Notes under the pieces: model-generated
Told to the model about the DNA's origin: nothing
The model's database searches: none
What the model saw: only the letters and a program-made list of their open reading frames with translations
IMG/VR virus record: IMGVR_UViG_3300005337_000004
Location: 1-60,744 of that record
Source: a virus
Taxonomy: Duplodnaviria > Heunggongvirae > Uroviricota > Caudoviricetes
Direction: 5' to 3' (one strand)
DNA length: 60,744 nucleotides
Program-made: the position numbers and the translations under genes
Shown here: positions 1 through 8,455 of the stretch, piece after piece
Layout: each line of letters starts with the position of its first letter
Position numbering within the stretch: the first letter of the stretch is position 1

Positions 1-1
1 G

Positions 2-685
2 TACGACGCCGAAGGCCGGGAGCACCCGGTTATCAGCTACGCCGACGCCTGGGAGAAGCTCGGCGGCCGGGTTGTGCGCTCGTGGCGGGCGCTGCCGCTG
101 GCGGAACTGGCACGGATGGCGGAGGAGAACCGCAAGCTTGACGGGACCGCTGCGACCGGTACCGACGCCGAAGGCTGGGTAGTGCGGTTTGCCGACGGCG
201 CCCGGGTGAAGCTGAAGTACGCGGAGTACATGCGGCTCCACAAGAGCCTTACTGGAACCAACGCCCGCGACGTCTGGCAGTACCTCGGCGCGCAGAAGTT
301 CGGCTTCATGCCGCCGAAAACGCTCGGTCAGGCGCTTGGCTGCTCCGCCGAGGAAGCGAAGCAGCTTGCCGAGATTGAAGGTGGCGCGCTATCGAAGCTG
401 CTGGAGAACGTCCCTGACGAGTTTGACGCCTGGGTCCGCGGTGTCTGTGCCGACCTGGAGGCGGCTTTCGACGCGCTCACCGCCCGGATTCATGCCGAGT
501 TCGATGCGCTGTCGCACCTCCGCAGTGACCGTTCCGCATTCGCCCGCGCCGCACAGAACGTTGAAGACCGGACGGTCCGGGCGGCGCTGTTCCTAGTCCT
601 GGACGGCAAGTCGCTCGATCTGCATGTGTGGAAGGCGATCCGACCGGAGCCGTCCGACCCGTTCGCAGCAGACGAGGAGGGCTGA
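2..685 (+). CDS. T4 Rnl1-like RNA ligase, C-terminal part (5' end outside window)
   Basis: Frame open to window edge; EGWVVRFADGARVKLKYAEYMRLHKSLTG matches ligase motifs IV/V; directly upstream of Pnkp. Confidence 0.8.
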   Translation, partial: YDAEGREHPVISYADAWEKLGGRVVRSWRALPLAELARMAEENRKLDGTAATGTDAEGWVVRFADGARVKLKYAEYMRLHKSLTGTNARDVWQYLGAQKFGFMPPKTLGQALGCSAEEAKQLAEIEGGALSKLLENVPDEFDAWVRGVCADLEAAFDALTARIHAEFDALSHLRSDRSAFARAAQNVEDRTVRAALFLVLDGKSLDLHVWKAIRPEPSDPFAADEEG

Positions 686-686
686 G

Positions 687-1595
687 ATGCCCACAGTGCA
701 CCTGACGGTCGGGCTTCCCGCGAGCGGTAAGACCACTTTCGCACGGCAGCTCGTCGCCGAGTCCGCCGGCCGGATGCGCCGCGTAAGCCTCGACGACCTG
801 CGCAGGATGCTCGACGACAACGACGGCAGCGTCCGGCTCGGCAAGGATCACGAGGAGACCGTACTGGCGGTTCAGGACGCGGCGGTCCTGGCTGCGATCA
901 ACGGCGGCTTCGACATCGTCGTGGACAACACGCACTTGGTGTCGCGGATCCCGAACAGGCTAAAGCGGGTCGTGTGCGGCCGGGCCCGGTTCGAGGTCCA
1001 CGACTTCACCGGCGTGGACGCCGAGGAGTGCATCCGCCGCGACAAGCTGCGGGAGAACACGGTCGGCGAGGACGTGATTCGGCGCATGGACGCCCGGTTG
1101 AAGTCGGCCAAGGACGGCTGGTGGCGGCATCCGGAGCGGCTCAACGACGTGCCGGAGCCTGCCGCCTACGTCCCGGACCCGGCGCTGCCGACGGCGGTGT
1201 TGTGCGACATTGACGGCACCTTGGCGCTGCACGCTGGCCGCGGACCTTACGAGATCGACAAGTGCGAAACGGACCTGATCAACCCTGAGGTGCGGCGCGT
1301 TCTGGAGTTGTGCGCCGGCACCGGGGACCGGATTGTTCTGTTGTCCGGGCGGCAGTCGGAGTTTCGGGCACACACGTTGCGGTGGCTAGCCGCACATGAG
1401 GTGCCGTTCAATGAGTTGTGGATGCGTGCCGAGGACGATCGCCGCAGCGACGACATTGTGAAGGCCGAGCTGTTCGACGCGCACGTGCGGGACCGGTACG
1501 CGGTGCGGGTCGTGCTCGACGATCGATCGCGGGTCGTGGCACTTTGGCGCCGGATGGGCTTGCCGTGCTGGCAGGTCAACTACGGGGACTTCTAA
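687..1595 (+). CDS. Polynucleotide 5'-kinase/3'-phosphatase (T4 Pnkp/PseT-like)
   Basis: N-terminal P-loop GLPASGKTT; C-terminal HAD CDIDGTLA, LSGR, DDRSRVVALWRRMGL. Confidence 0.92.
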   Translation: MPTVHLTVGLPASGKTTFARQLVAESAGRMRRVSLDDLRRMLDDNDGSVRLGKDHEETVLAVQDAAVLAAINGGFDIVVDNTHLVSRIPNRLKRVVCGRARFEVHDFTGVDAEECIRRDKLRENTVGEDVIRRMDARLKSAKDGWWRHPERLNDVPEPAAYVPDPALPTAVLCDIDGTLALHAGRGPYEIDKCETDLINPEVRRVLELCAGTGDRIVLLSGRQSEFRAHTLRWLAAHEVPFNELWMRAEDDRRSDDIVKAELFDAHVRDRYAVRVVLDDRSRVVALWRRMGLPCWQVNYGDF

Positions 1596-1613
1596 GGCAA
1601 CGAAAGGGCTGAC

Positions 1614-1952
1614 ATGCTGCGCGCATTCATTCAGGAGCGCTTTGCCGGTTCCGTCGCGGTGTCACTAGTGCGGGGTGAGTTCAACTACGACGGGCACCCC
1701 ATGGTCGCCCGGCTTGTCGGCGACGGTTTCACCCCACGCACAACATGGGAGACCGTCGAGGATCCGCACAGTGCTATTGAGCCGACGCTCATCCTTGGCG
1801 AGGAGGAGGCTCGTGTGCTGCTGGATGCACTTGCCCACCATTACGAAGGCTCCTCCGACATGCGGCTGCTGCAAAAGGACCGGGACCACGAGCGCGGGCG
1901 CGTCGACAAGCTGCTGGACGTCGTGGCCGAGATCGCGAAGGGGCGTCCGTGA
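1614..1952 (+). CDS. hypothetical protein
   Basis: 112-aa ORF continuing the operon. Confidence 0.7.
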   Translation: MLRAFIQERFAGSVAVSLVRGEFNYDGHPMVARLVGDGFTPRTTWETVEDPHSAIEPTLILGEEEARVLLDALAHHYEGSSDMRLLQKDRDHERGRVDKLLDVVAEIAKGRP

Positions 1953-2131
1953 GGATCCGTGTTGACTACGACGTGTCGATCCGGTGCCGTCTACGTCAAC
2001 ACGACCGGGGCGACGCCGAGCACGGATGCCAGGGTGGCTTTAAGCCGGTGTTGGGTGTGATCCGATTCTGTCTGTGCGAGTGCCACAACGGACCTGCGAA
2101 GAGGGCATTGCGTGACCAGCCCAACCGATGA
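1949..2131 (+). CDS. small Cys-containing hypothetical protein
   Basis: GTGA overlap with upstream stop. Confidence 0.5.
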   Translation: MRIRVDYDVSIRCRLRQHDRGDAEHGCQGGFKPVLGVIRFCLCECHNGPAKRALRDQPNR

Positions 2132-3092
2132 ACTGATCCTCGTTGACGGCCCCGGCGCCGGCAAGCGGGTCCGTTTCGAGCCGGACTGGCCGTCTACCTA
2201 CGTGCTCACGTCGTGGCCCGAGGTTGGCGATCTGCTGTACCTCGGTTCGATCGACGAGATGACGTTCGCCGGCCCAATCCACACGGTGTACCGCACCGGC
2301 CAGGTATACGGCCTGGACCGGCAAATCATTCGTGTCGGTTGGTGCAGTGGCGAGCCGCGGCCAGATCGGGAGCAACTTGAGTACTGGATTCGCTTTGAGT
2401 TGCCGATCCAGGTGATTGCCGGCGCTGACGCATGGCCTTCGGGCTGTGACCTCGGAACGAGTGAAGATCAGGTTGGCGCCACGATTCAAGCCACATGCCG
2501 GTGTGGCTGGAAAACGGAAACGGTGCCGCGCCGCCGCAGCCGCGAGTTGATGGAGTTGGTGGGCGCACACCACAGGGTCGGCATGGCCTTGGCGTTTCGC
2601 GCCAGCGGTAGAGATGTCAGCGCGTTTGGGTTGGATGCCGCCCTACTCGGCACCCATTCCATAGGCGAGGCCACACGGTACGAGGCGGTCTTGAACAGGG
2701 CGACGGCGCTCGGGATGTCCCGTGAGCGGACCCGGGTGATCTTTGATGAAGCACAGCTGGCGGCCTGCAGCTTCGAAGACGCCGTTGAGCGTCTCCAGCA
2801 CCGCGTCCGCCTGTTCGAGATGTACGGCTACGAGCCGCTGACCGTTCGGGACGTTCTGGCGCAGCGCGACATCAGTGCGCAGCGGCTCGATCCCGAGATG
2901 ATCCTGAACAGGCCGCGCTGGATGCCGGATCCGCTGGGGCGGCAGTTTGCGAAGATGAGGCGCGACCGGCAGCGGATCCTGGTGCAGGCTGCTGTTGAGT
3001 TGACCGCGCAGGTCGGTGGTGACGCTGCAGGCTGGCCGCTGGAGCGCGCGGTGGCTGCCGTGATGCCGTGCAAGGAGGATAGTCGGCAGTGA
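2112..3092 (+). CDS. hypothetical protein
   Basis: 326-aa ORF in co-oriented operon. Confidence 0.65.
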   Translation: MTSPTDELILVDGPGAGKRVRFEPDWPSTYVLTSWPEVGDLLYLGSIDEMTFAGPIHTVYRTGQVYGLDRQIIRVGWCSGEPRPDREQLEYWIRFELPIQVIAGADAWPSGCDLGTSEDQVGATIQATCRCGWKTETVPRRRSRELMELVGAHHRVGMALAFRASGRDVSAFGLDAALLGTHSIGEATRYEAVLNRATALGMSRERTRVIFDEAQLAACSFEDAVERLQHRVRLFEMYGYEPLTVRDVLAQRDISAQRLDPEMILNRPRWMPDPLGRQFAKMRRDRQRILVQAAVELTAQVGGDAAGWPLERAVAAVMPCKEDSRQ

Positions 3093-3427
3093 CGGCGGCA
3101 GATCCACCGCCCGACACCCCGTGCCCGCGTATCGTCGCCAGTTTCGAGCCGTGCGGCCTGTTGCGGCAACACCCCGGGCCGTGTGTGCCGTTCGTGCCCG
3201 GGGAGTATTTGCCACCGCCGATGCTGCACCCGCTTGATTTCAGCATGCCACCGGCGCCCCGGTGGCACATGATGTGCCCGTTGTGCTGGCGTCCGACTAC
3301 CGGCTGGAACGCGTCCGCGGGCACCGTGTTCCGTGGCGACAGCGTCAACTGGAACCAGCCGAGCGCGGAGTGGGAGTTCAAATTCGAGCCGTGCGGGTGC
3401 GTCGGGCGCGTGGTCGTCGAGGGCTGA
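3089..3427 (+). CDS. Cys-rich hypothetical protein
   Basis: GTGA overlap; CPLC and CGC motifs. Confidence 0.6.
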   Translation: MTAADPPPDTPCPRIVASFEPCGLLRQHPGPCVPFVPGEYLPPPMLHPLDFSMPPAPRWHMMCPLCWRPTTGWNASAGTVFRGDSVNWNQPSAEWEFKFEPCGCVGRVVVEG

Positions 3428-3431
3428 AGCG

Positions 3432-3776
3432 CTACCGATTGCCGAACGCCACGTCGAACAGCGCCGCCTGTTCTGGCGTCACCCACACGAGGATCGTTTC
3501 GCCCACGTCCCGGATTGACTCGTCCTCGTCGCGGCGGTAGATCCGGCCTATCGCCCGGTTGCAGTCCGACCACGCGGACACGGCATCACAGATCCCGTAG
3601 CCGAAGTCGCCGCATTCGGGTCCTTCGTCTGTGAGCAGCCGGTCCTCATGGCACTGGCAGTCGGCGCCAAACACGGTGACCGGAACCAGCCGTATCGGCA
3701 CCAGGCCGGCGGGGGCGCCGTCGGGGTAGAGGCGGGCGAGTTGCTGCGGCAGTGTTTCCCGTAGCGTTTCAGCCAC
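3432..3776 (-). CDS. hypothetical protein
   Basis: Last gene of a leftward coupled operon. Confidence 0.65.
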   Translation of the reverse strand: MAETLRETLPQQLARLYPDGAPAGLVPIRLVPVTVFGADCQCHEDRLLTDEGPECGDFGYGICDAVSAWSDCNRAIGRIYRRDEDESIRDVGETILVWVTPEQAALFDVAFGNR

Positions 3777-4074
3777 CCGTGCGTTCCCATCGCATCGTCA
3801 CGCCTTCGGGCAGGCGACCGCACGCGATCATCCGTGCCGTGAACTCGGCCGCGAACTCTTCGGCCCGCGCCGGGATCTCGGCCTTGAACGCCTCGAACTC
3901 CGCGTCGGCCTCGATGCGCGCGGCGCCGTAGCTGCCGGGCTCCGTGGAGAAAACCTCCTCAACGTCTTCCGGAGTGAGCGCGAACGCCTGGATGATCTCG
4001 CAGCGGACGAGGTCGTCGAATGCCTCGTCCGCAGTCGTGGGCTGCATGGGTCCAGTGTGGACTAGCGATCTCAC
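3769..4074 (-). CDS. hypothetical protein
   Basis: GTGA overlap; acidic helical ORF. Confidence 0.65.
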   Translation of the reverse strand: MRSLVHTGPMQPTTADEAFDDLVRCEIIQAFALTPEDVEEVFSTEPGSYGAARIEADAEFEAFKAEIPARAEEFAAEFTARMIACGRLPEGVTMRWERTGG

Positions 4075-4400
4075 CTGGCGTGCGGGTTAACCAGCGCCGC
4101 CGGGTCGATCTCCCAGGAGAACGGCTTGTCAGCGTAGTCGGCGCCACCCCAGCTGGTCCGCACCGATGCCTCGGCCGTGACGGTGACGACGTCCGCGTCC
4201 GCGAGGCTGAACGGCCGGGTCGGGTAGGAGTCGAACTTGCCGACGGCGGTGATGGTGAACTCCAGGCCGGTGTTGTTGCCGAGGCGGCCGGCGAGCATGT
4301 CTGTGATCTGGCGCGGGGTGGCGTCTACGAGCGGAATGTACTCGCCGGTAATGCATTCGGTGCAGCCGCAGTTCGGCGGGTCGATCGCGATGGGGTTCAT
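4071..4400 (-). CDS. hypothetical protein with CGCTEC motif
   Basis: ATGA overlap with upstream stop. Confidence 0.7.
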   Translation of the reverse strand: MNPIAIDPPNCGCTECITGEYIPLVDATPRQITDMLAGRLGNNTGLEFTITAVGKFDSYPTRPFSLADADVVTVTAEASVRTSWGGADYADKPFSWEIDPAALVNPHAR

Positions 4401-4651
4401 GTCTGCTCCGGTGGGATGGTGATGACGGCACGCGCGCACGCCTGGTAGATCGCGTCGCGCAGGTCGTCGAGCATGTTGTCGTCAAGGGCGTAGCCGCGGA
4501 GCTCGGGGTAGTCCTGGACGAGGTCTGCGGCGGCGCGGGTGGTGCTGATGGTCTGAGCCTGGTACTGAAGCAGGTCGACGGCGATGCGGTTGACGAGTTC
4601 TGGGCTGGGTTCCCAGGCGCGGTACAGGCCGTCAAGGCGGCGGGTGGGCAT
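4397..4651 (-). CDS. hypothetical protein
   Basis: 84-aa ORF in coupled operon. Confidence 0.65.
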   Translation of the reverse strand: MPTRRLDGLYRAWEPSPELVNRIAVDLLQYQAQTISTTRAAADLVQDYPELRGYALDDNMLDDLRDAIYQACARAVITIPPEQT

Positions 4652-4654
4652 GGC

Positions 4655-5236
4655 CTAGCCCTCCTTCGAATTGACGTTTTCGCTGGATGCTGTCGTGCGT
4701 GCTGGCCTGCCTCCGCCAGCGCCTTGTCCTGGGCGCCCTGCTGCCCACGCCAGGATCTTGTCGTCGCTGGTGACGAACCAGTACGAGACGTTCCCGAGGT
4801 GTCCGTCGGGCTCGGGGAACGGGTGGTTGGCGTAGCGGCCTCCGGGGGCTGATACGGCGCGGTAGTGACGGATGGTGGCGGTTTTAACGCCCAACATGAC
4901 AGCCACGTCGGCCATGGTCATTTCCCCAGCCTCGTAGGCGTGATCGGGAATCGGCGCCATTACGGACGCTGGACGTCGCTTTTTGGGTACTGCACGCGGA
5001 CGATATCGGACGATGTTGTGGAGCGGGTGTTCCGTTCGTATGGCGCGGATCTCCGCCAGAAGCGCGGCCGATCGGGACTCATACCACTCGATCACGCGCA
5101 TGACGACCTGCGACGCCCACGGCTTGTTACCAACGTGCTGGCGCCAACGAACCGTCGGGTCCTGGCTTATGCCAACGTACAGCAGGCTTTCATCGTCATC
5201 GAAGAGCCGGTAGAGCGCAGTTCTCTCAGCTGCCAT
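4655..5236 (-). CDS. GIY-YIG nuclease-domain protein fused to C-terminal HTH
   Basis: ALYRLF..LLYVGIS..P..RWRQH and E..AIRTEHPLHN; C-terminal MADVAVMLGVKTATIRHY. Confidence 0.8.
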   Translation of the reverse strand: MAAERTALYRLFDDDESLLYVGISQDPTVRWRQHVGNKPWASQVVMRVIEWYESRSAALLAEIRAIRTEHPLHNIVRYRPRAVPKKRRPASVMAPIPDHAYEAGEMTMADVAVMLGVKTATIRHYRAVSAPGGRYANHPFPEPDGHLGNVSYWFVTSDDKILAWAAGRPGQGAGGGRPARTTASSENVNSKEG

Positions 5237-5486
5237 CGGCCGGCTCGCTCTCCCGCCTGGCAGAGGTCGCAGGCTTAAGGTGCGCGTAGCTGGGGTGCGG
5301 AGGAAGGTTGTGCTTGCGCCGTAGCGCTCTTACATGGCTGTCGGAGACGCCGATCGCGGCAGCAACTTCGGCGGGCCCGATTCCGGCCTCTAGTGCCGCC
5401 ACGATGGCCGGCTCGGTTTCGGCTGCTGCGCGCTCACGGAGCCGTTTGACGTGGTGGAGCTTGGCGAGTGCTTCTTCACGGTCCAT
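5226..5486 (-). CDS. small HTH DNA-binding protein
   Basis: AALEAGIGPAEVAAAIGVSDSHVRALRRK. Confidence 0.75.
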   Translation of the reverse strand: MDREEALAKLHHVKRLRERAAAETEPAIVAALEAGIGPAEVAAAIGVSDSHVRALRRKHNLPPHPSYAHLKPATSARRESEPADGS

Positions 5487-5542
5487 ACCTCGATGATACC
5501 TGTTGCCACTTCCGGAATCCATCCCCGGAACCCTCTTGCGGA

Positions 5543-5562
5543 AGTAGCTTCCGGAAGCTACT
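5543..5562. promoter_or_regulatory. 20-bp perfect palindrome, putative operator in divergent intergenic region
   Basis: AGTAGCTTCCGGAAGCTACT; second TTCCGGAA core at 5510; seven GGAAG/CTTCC pentamers in 5509-5602. Confidence 0.65.
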
Positions 5563-5608
5563 GTTAGAGATGTCAGGAAGCAGGAAGCAACCGAGGGGGA
5601 AGCTCGAA

Positions 5609-5854
5609 ATGACCACCATCGCCAAGCAGGTCAACATCCGGACCGCCGACCGCACCGCCCCGCTGGCCCTGCTGGTCATCCAGGCCAAGTTCGCGGCCAT
5701 CGCCGAGGTCGAGGCCGACGAGTTCCACACCTGCCCGATGTGCGGCCACGCCACCGCCGAGTTGTTCACCCGCATCGACAACCGCGACGACGCGGAGATC
5801 GAAATCTGCGAGGACTGCGCGGACACGCAGGACGTCTCCCATGTCGCCGACTGA
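5609..5854 (+). CDS. Zn-finger hypothetical protein
   Basis: CPMC...CEDC; purine-rich RBS upstream. Confidence 0.7.
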   Translation: MTTIAKQVNIRTADRTAPLALLVIQAKFAAIAEVEADEFHTCPMCGHATAELFTRIDNRDDAEIEICEDCADTQDVSHVAD

Positions 5855-5911
5855 CCCCAAGGCCGAAACGCCTTCGGGCGTCGAGCGGTGGGACCGCTCC
5901 TGACGATGGCC
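5855..5911 (+). ncRNA. Type II hammerhead ribozyme, predicted cleavage after GUC at 5882
   Basis: GGCC-GAAA-CGCC(UUCG)GGCG-UC-GAGCGG(UGGGA)CCGCUC-CUGACGA-U-GGCC; 5' CCCA can pair with loop I UGGG. Confidence 0.9.
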
Positions 5912-5936
5912 GTCAGCAATCCAGTAGGGGGATCCG

Positions 5937-6383
5937 ATGTTCCAGGGCTACCTGCGCAAGGGCCAGAACCGCCCCGCCCTCACCGGCCGCACGCTCCGTC
6001 GCCACGAGCAGCGCGCCCAGGCCCGCACCGAGCAGCGCCCCGGACGTCCCGTCATCAACCACCGCGACCGCGCCATCGTCGCCGCCCGCAACACCAACGC
6101 CGGCCTGATGACCGTCGGCGAGTACCTGCACGGCATCGGATTCCCCGAGGCGAACCTGTACGCGTCGGCTTTCGGCCGGGCATGCGCCAAGACCTACCGC
6201 GCCAACCACGGCACCGAGCCCCAGCGCATCTACGCCGCCGTCAACGGGCGGATCCGCCGCAGCCAGTTCGGTTACGCCGACGTCGCTGACTTGCTGGCCG
6301 GCGCCTACGTCTACAGCCGCACCGCCGAGTTCCTGGCCGCCGAGCAGAACACCGCCGACGTGCGCGCCCTCGTCAACGCCTGA
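5937..6383 (+). CDS. hypothetical phage protein
   Basis: 148-aa ORF with C-rich codon usage and AGGGGG RBS. Confidence 0.75.
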   Translation: MFQGYLRKGQNRPALTGRTLRRHEQRAQARTEQRPGRPVINHRDRAIVAARNTNAGLMTVGEYLHGIGFPEANLYASAFGRACAKTYRANHGTEPQRIYAAVNGRIRRSQFGYADVADLLAGAYVYSRTAEFLAAEQNTADVRALVNA

Positions 6384-6422
6384 TTCGCCGCCCACACACC
6401 ACCCTGCTTCGAGGAGAACCCC

Positions 6423-6923
6423 GTGTCCATCACGACCGCCGCGCCGATCACCATCGACCCCGCCACCGGCATCCGCGAGATCAAGCCCACGCTCCCGGCC
6501 ACCACCCGCATCTTCACCAACGGCCGCAACGCCAAGGGCCAGTTCGCCCGCTGGGACGCGACCCGCGTTGCCGTCACGGCCCAGGGCCACTGGTACCGCT
6601 CCGGCGACGTCGCCGACAGCCTGCACAACGACACCATCTGCCGCGGCTGCGGGTACCACGGGCACTACGACTACATCCTCGACTACGAGCGGTGCACCCA
6701 CCCGGCGACCGCCGAGGACGTGGTGGCCGCCCTGTCCGGGCCGGCGCGGCACGTGCAGCCCGGCGACCGGGTGCGGCTGGTCGTCAGCGAGTACCCGGAC
6801 CCGGTCTACGGCGTAATCCGGAGCATCTACCGGGACGTGACCGGTACGGACGTCGCGGACATTGACCTGGACAACGGCCACGCGTTCCTGCAGAACCTCG
6901 AGTTCCTGACCGCGGCGCGCTGA
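6423..6923 (+). CDS. hypothetical protein with C-terminal SH3/KOW-like segment
   Basis: GAGGAG RBS; VQPGDRVRL...GVIRSI. Confidence 0.7.
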   Translation: MSITTAAPITIDPATGIREIKPTLPATTRIFTNGRNAKGQFARWDATRVAVTAQGHWYRSGDVADSLHNDTICRGCGYHGHYDYILDYERCTHPATAEDVVAALSGPARHVQPGDRVRLVVSEYPDPVYGVIRSIYRDVTGTDVADIDLDNGHAFLQNLEFLTAAR

Positions 6924-6928
6924 CCGCT

Positions 6929-6966
6929 CATCGGGAGTCCCGGAAACGGGGCCGGGGCTCCCGATG
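6929..6966 (+). other. 15-bp intergenic hairpin
   Basis: CATCGGGAGTCCCGG / CCGGGGCTCCCGATG (one G-U), 8-nt loop. Confidence 0.65.
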
Positions 6967-6982
6967 TACGACCAGACCGTCA

Positions 6983-7291
6983 ATGCTCGACACCCAGAGG
7001 AACCTTATGTCCTGGACGCCCGAAGCCAGCACCCTGTGCGCCGACCCAACCTGCTCTCAGCCGAAGCGCCACACCGGCGACTGCAACGGCACCGCGCCGA
7101 CCTACGCCCAGACCGTCACCCGTCTGGCCCGCGAGTACCGCTCGTACAGCGACGTCGGCGAGCCGATCCCGCCTGCGGACTACGTCCAGATCGTCGACCG
7201 GCTCCACGCCGCCGCGGACCTGGCCGGGATTGACCGGCCGGAGGCGGCGCGGGACCTGGTCGAGGAGATCAACGCCGAGCCGGTTGCCTGA
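6983..7291 (+). CDS. hypothetical protein
   Basis: 102-aa ORF, C..P.C...H motif. Confidence 0.65.
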   Translation: MLDTQRNLMSWTPEASTLCADPTCSQPKRHTGDCNGTAPTYAQTVTRLAREYRSYSDVGEPIPPADYVQIVDRLHAAADLAGIDRPEAARDLVEEINAEPVA

Positions 7292-7339
7292 CTGCTCATC
7301 GGCCCCCGGGGAGGACGAAATTCAGGCCCGCCCGTGGAA

Positions 7340-7371
7340 GTGAAGGCCCCCGTCTATTCGGGGGCCTTCAC
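7340..7371. terminator. Likely bidirectional terminator between convergent genes
   Basis: GTGAAGGCCCCCG-TCTATT-CGGGGGCCTTCAC, 13-bp stem. Confidence 0.75.
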
Positions 7372-7375
7372 GCTG

Positions 7376-7879
7376 TCAGGGATCTTTTCGGACCGGGGCC
7401 GACGGCCGCCGGAACTGCCACCAGTGCTTGCGGTACGGCAGGTCGTAGCGAAGATCAACCCGGATGGTCCGGAGGAAGTCGTTGAGCCTCGGGTCGAACT
7501 TCCCGACCGCATCGGCCACGCCTTCCTTGCCCATGTTCGGCTTGAACAGCGTTAGACCAGTAGCAACCTGTTCAGCAGCGTCTACAACACCCTGCGGCGC
7601 TACCGTGTACAGCCCGCGCAGCGCCTTTCCGAACTCGCTGGTTTCGGTTTCAAGCCGAAGCATCAGCGGTTCGGGAAACTTCGCCCCTGACTCGTAGGAT
7701 GCGGCGATCATCAGCATGACGCTCATTGTTGCCACCGCGGCGTCCTGGAACCGCATGTACGCGGCCTTGCGGTCGTTGTGGGATGGTTTGACGCGCATCC
7801 GCGCCTTGCCGGCCTGGAAACTCTGCTGTGCCACGACTTTCGCGGCGGCACTCAATGCGCCTGGGGTGACAGGGTCCAT
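7376..7879 (-). CDS. hypothetical protein (moron-like)
   Basis: 167-aa ORF, more A/T-ending codons than neighbours. Confidence 0.7.
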   Translation of the reverse strand: MDPVTPGALSAAAKVVAQQSFQAGKARMRVKPSHNDRKAAYMRFQDAAVATMSVMLMIAASYESGAKFPEPLMLRLETETSEFGKALRGLYTVAPQGVVDAAEQVATGLTLFKPNMGKEGVADAVGKFDPRLNDFLRTIRVDLRYDLPYRKHWWQFRRPSAPVRKDP

Positions 7880-8269
7880 GAAGGAAGTAGAGACGGCATG
7901 AAGCGGTCGGCGCTCTTACGTTGCTGAATCGAGTCCGGCTTGTCAGCCCTGCGCGACAAAAAGGACGCCGAGTTCTGTACGCTGGGGCTACTCCGCTCCT
8001 GCCGCTGGAAACAACGGCACCCGGCACGCCGGCATAGCAGCGGAGATAGCAAGGCGGTCGGCACGCCCGGTCGAGGTGGAGTCGCAGACCGGGGCCAGGT
8101 AATCACCCGGGAGACTTGGAAGCCGAAGACGCCGGACACGGCCGGCCGCCATGGCTTCGGAAGCTGGACCGACAGCGCCCTTCGCGTCCGAGTTATACGC
8201 TGGTGACGCCTCGCCTGCACTGCGTGGGAACCGCAGTCGGTGGGGCTTTTCGCAACCCTGGAGGATGCC

Positions 8270-8455
8270 GTGCCCCAGACTCTGCCCGACCCGAACAGCA
8301 CACCTCGCGTAATCGTTGCCACAACCGCCGTCGAGAACGTCCGCGCCGTGCCGCTGTGGCAGCTGGCCGACACCGCCGAGCGGATGCTGCAGCGAATCAT
8401 TCCGCCGGCTGATGCGTCGAAGGCGCCGTTCCCAGCGTTCGACGCGTCGTTGTGA
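8270..8455 (+). CDS. 61-aa peptide resembling FxSxx-COOH RiPP precursors
   Basis: GGAGG RBS 5 nt before GTG; VPLWQLA..MLQRIIP..PAFDASL C-terminus. Confidence 0.5.
   Translation: MPQTLPDPNSTPRVIVATTAVENVRAVPLWQLADTAERMLQRIIPPADASKAPFPAFDASL

Noticed and set aside
7289-7327. GAGGACGAAA, typical of hammerhead stem II
   Set aside because: No CUGANGA on the same strand
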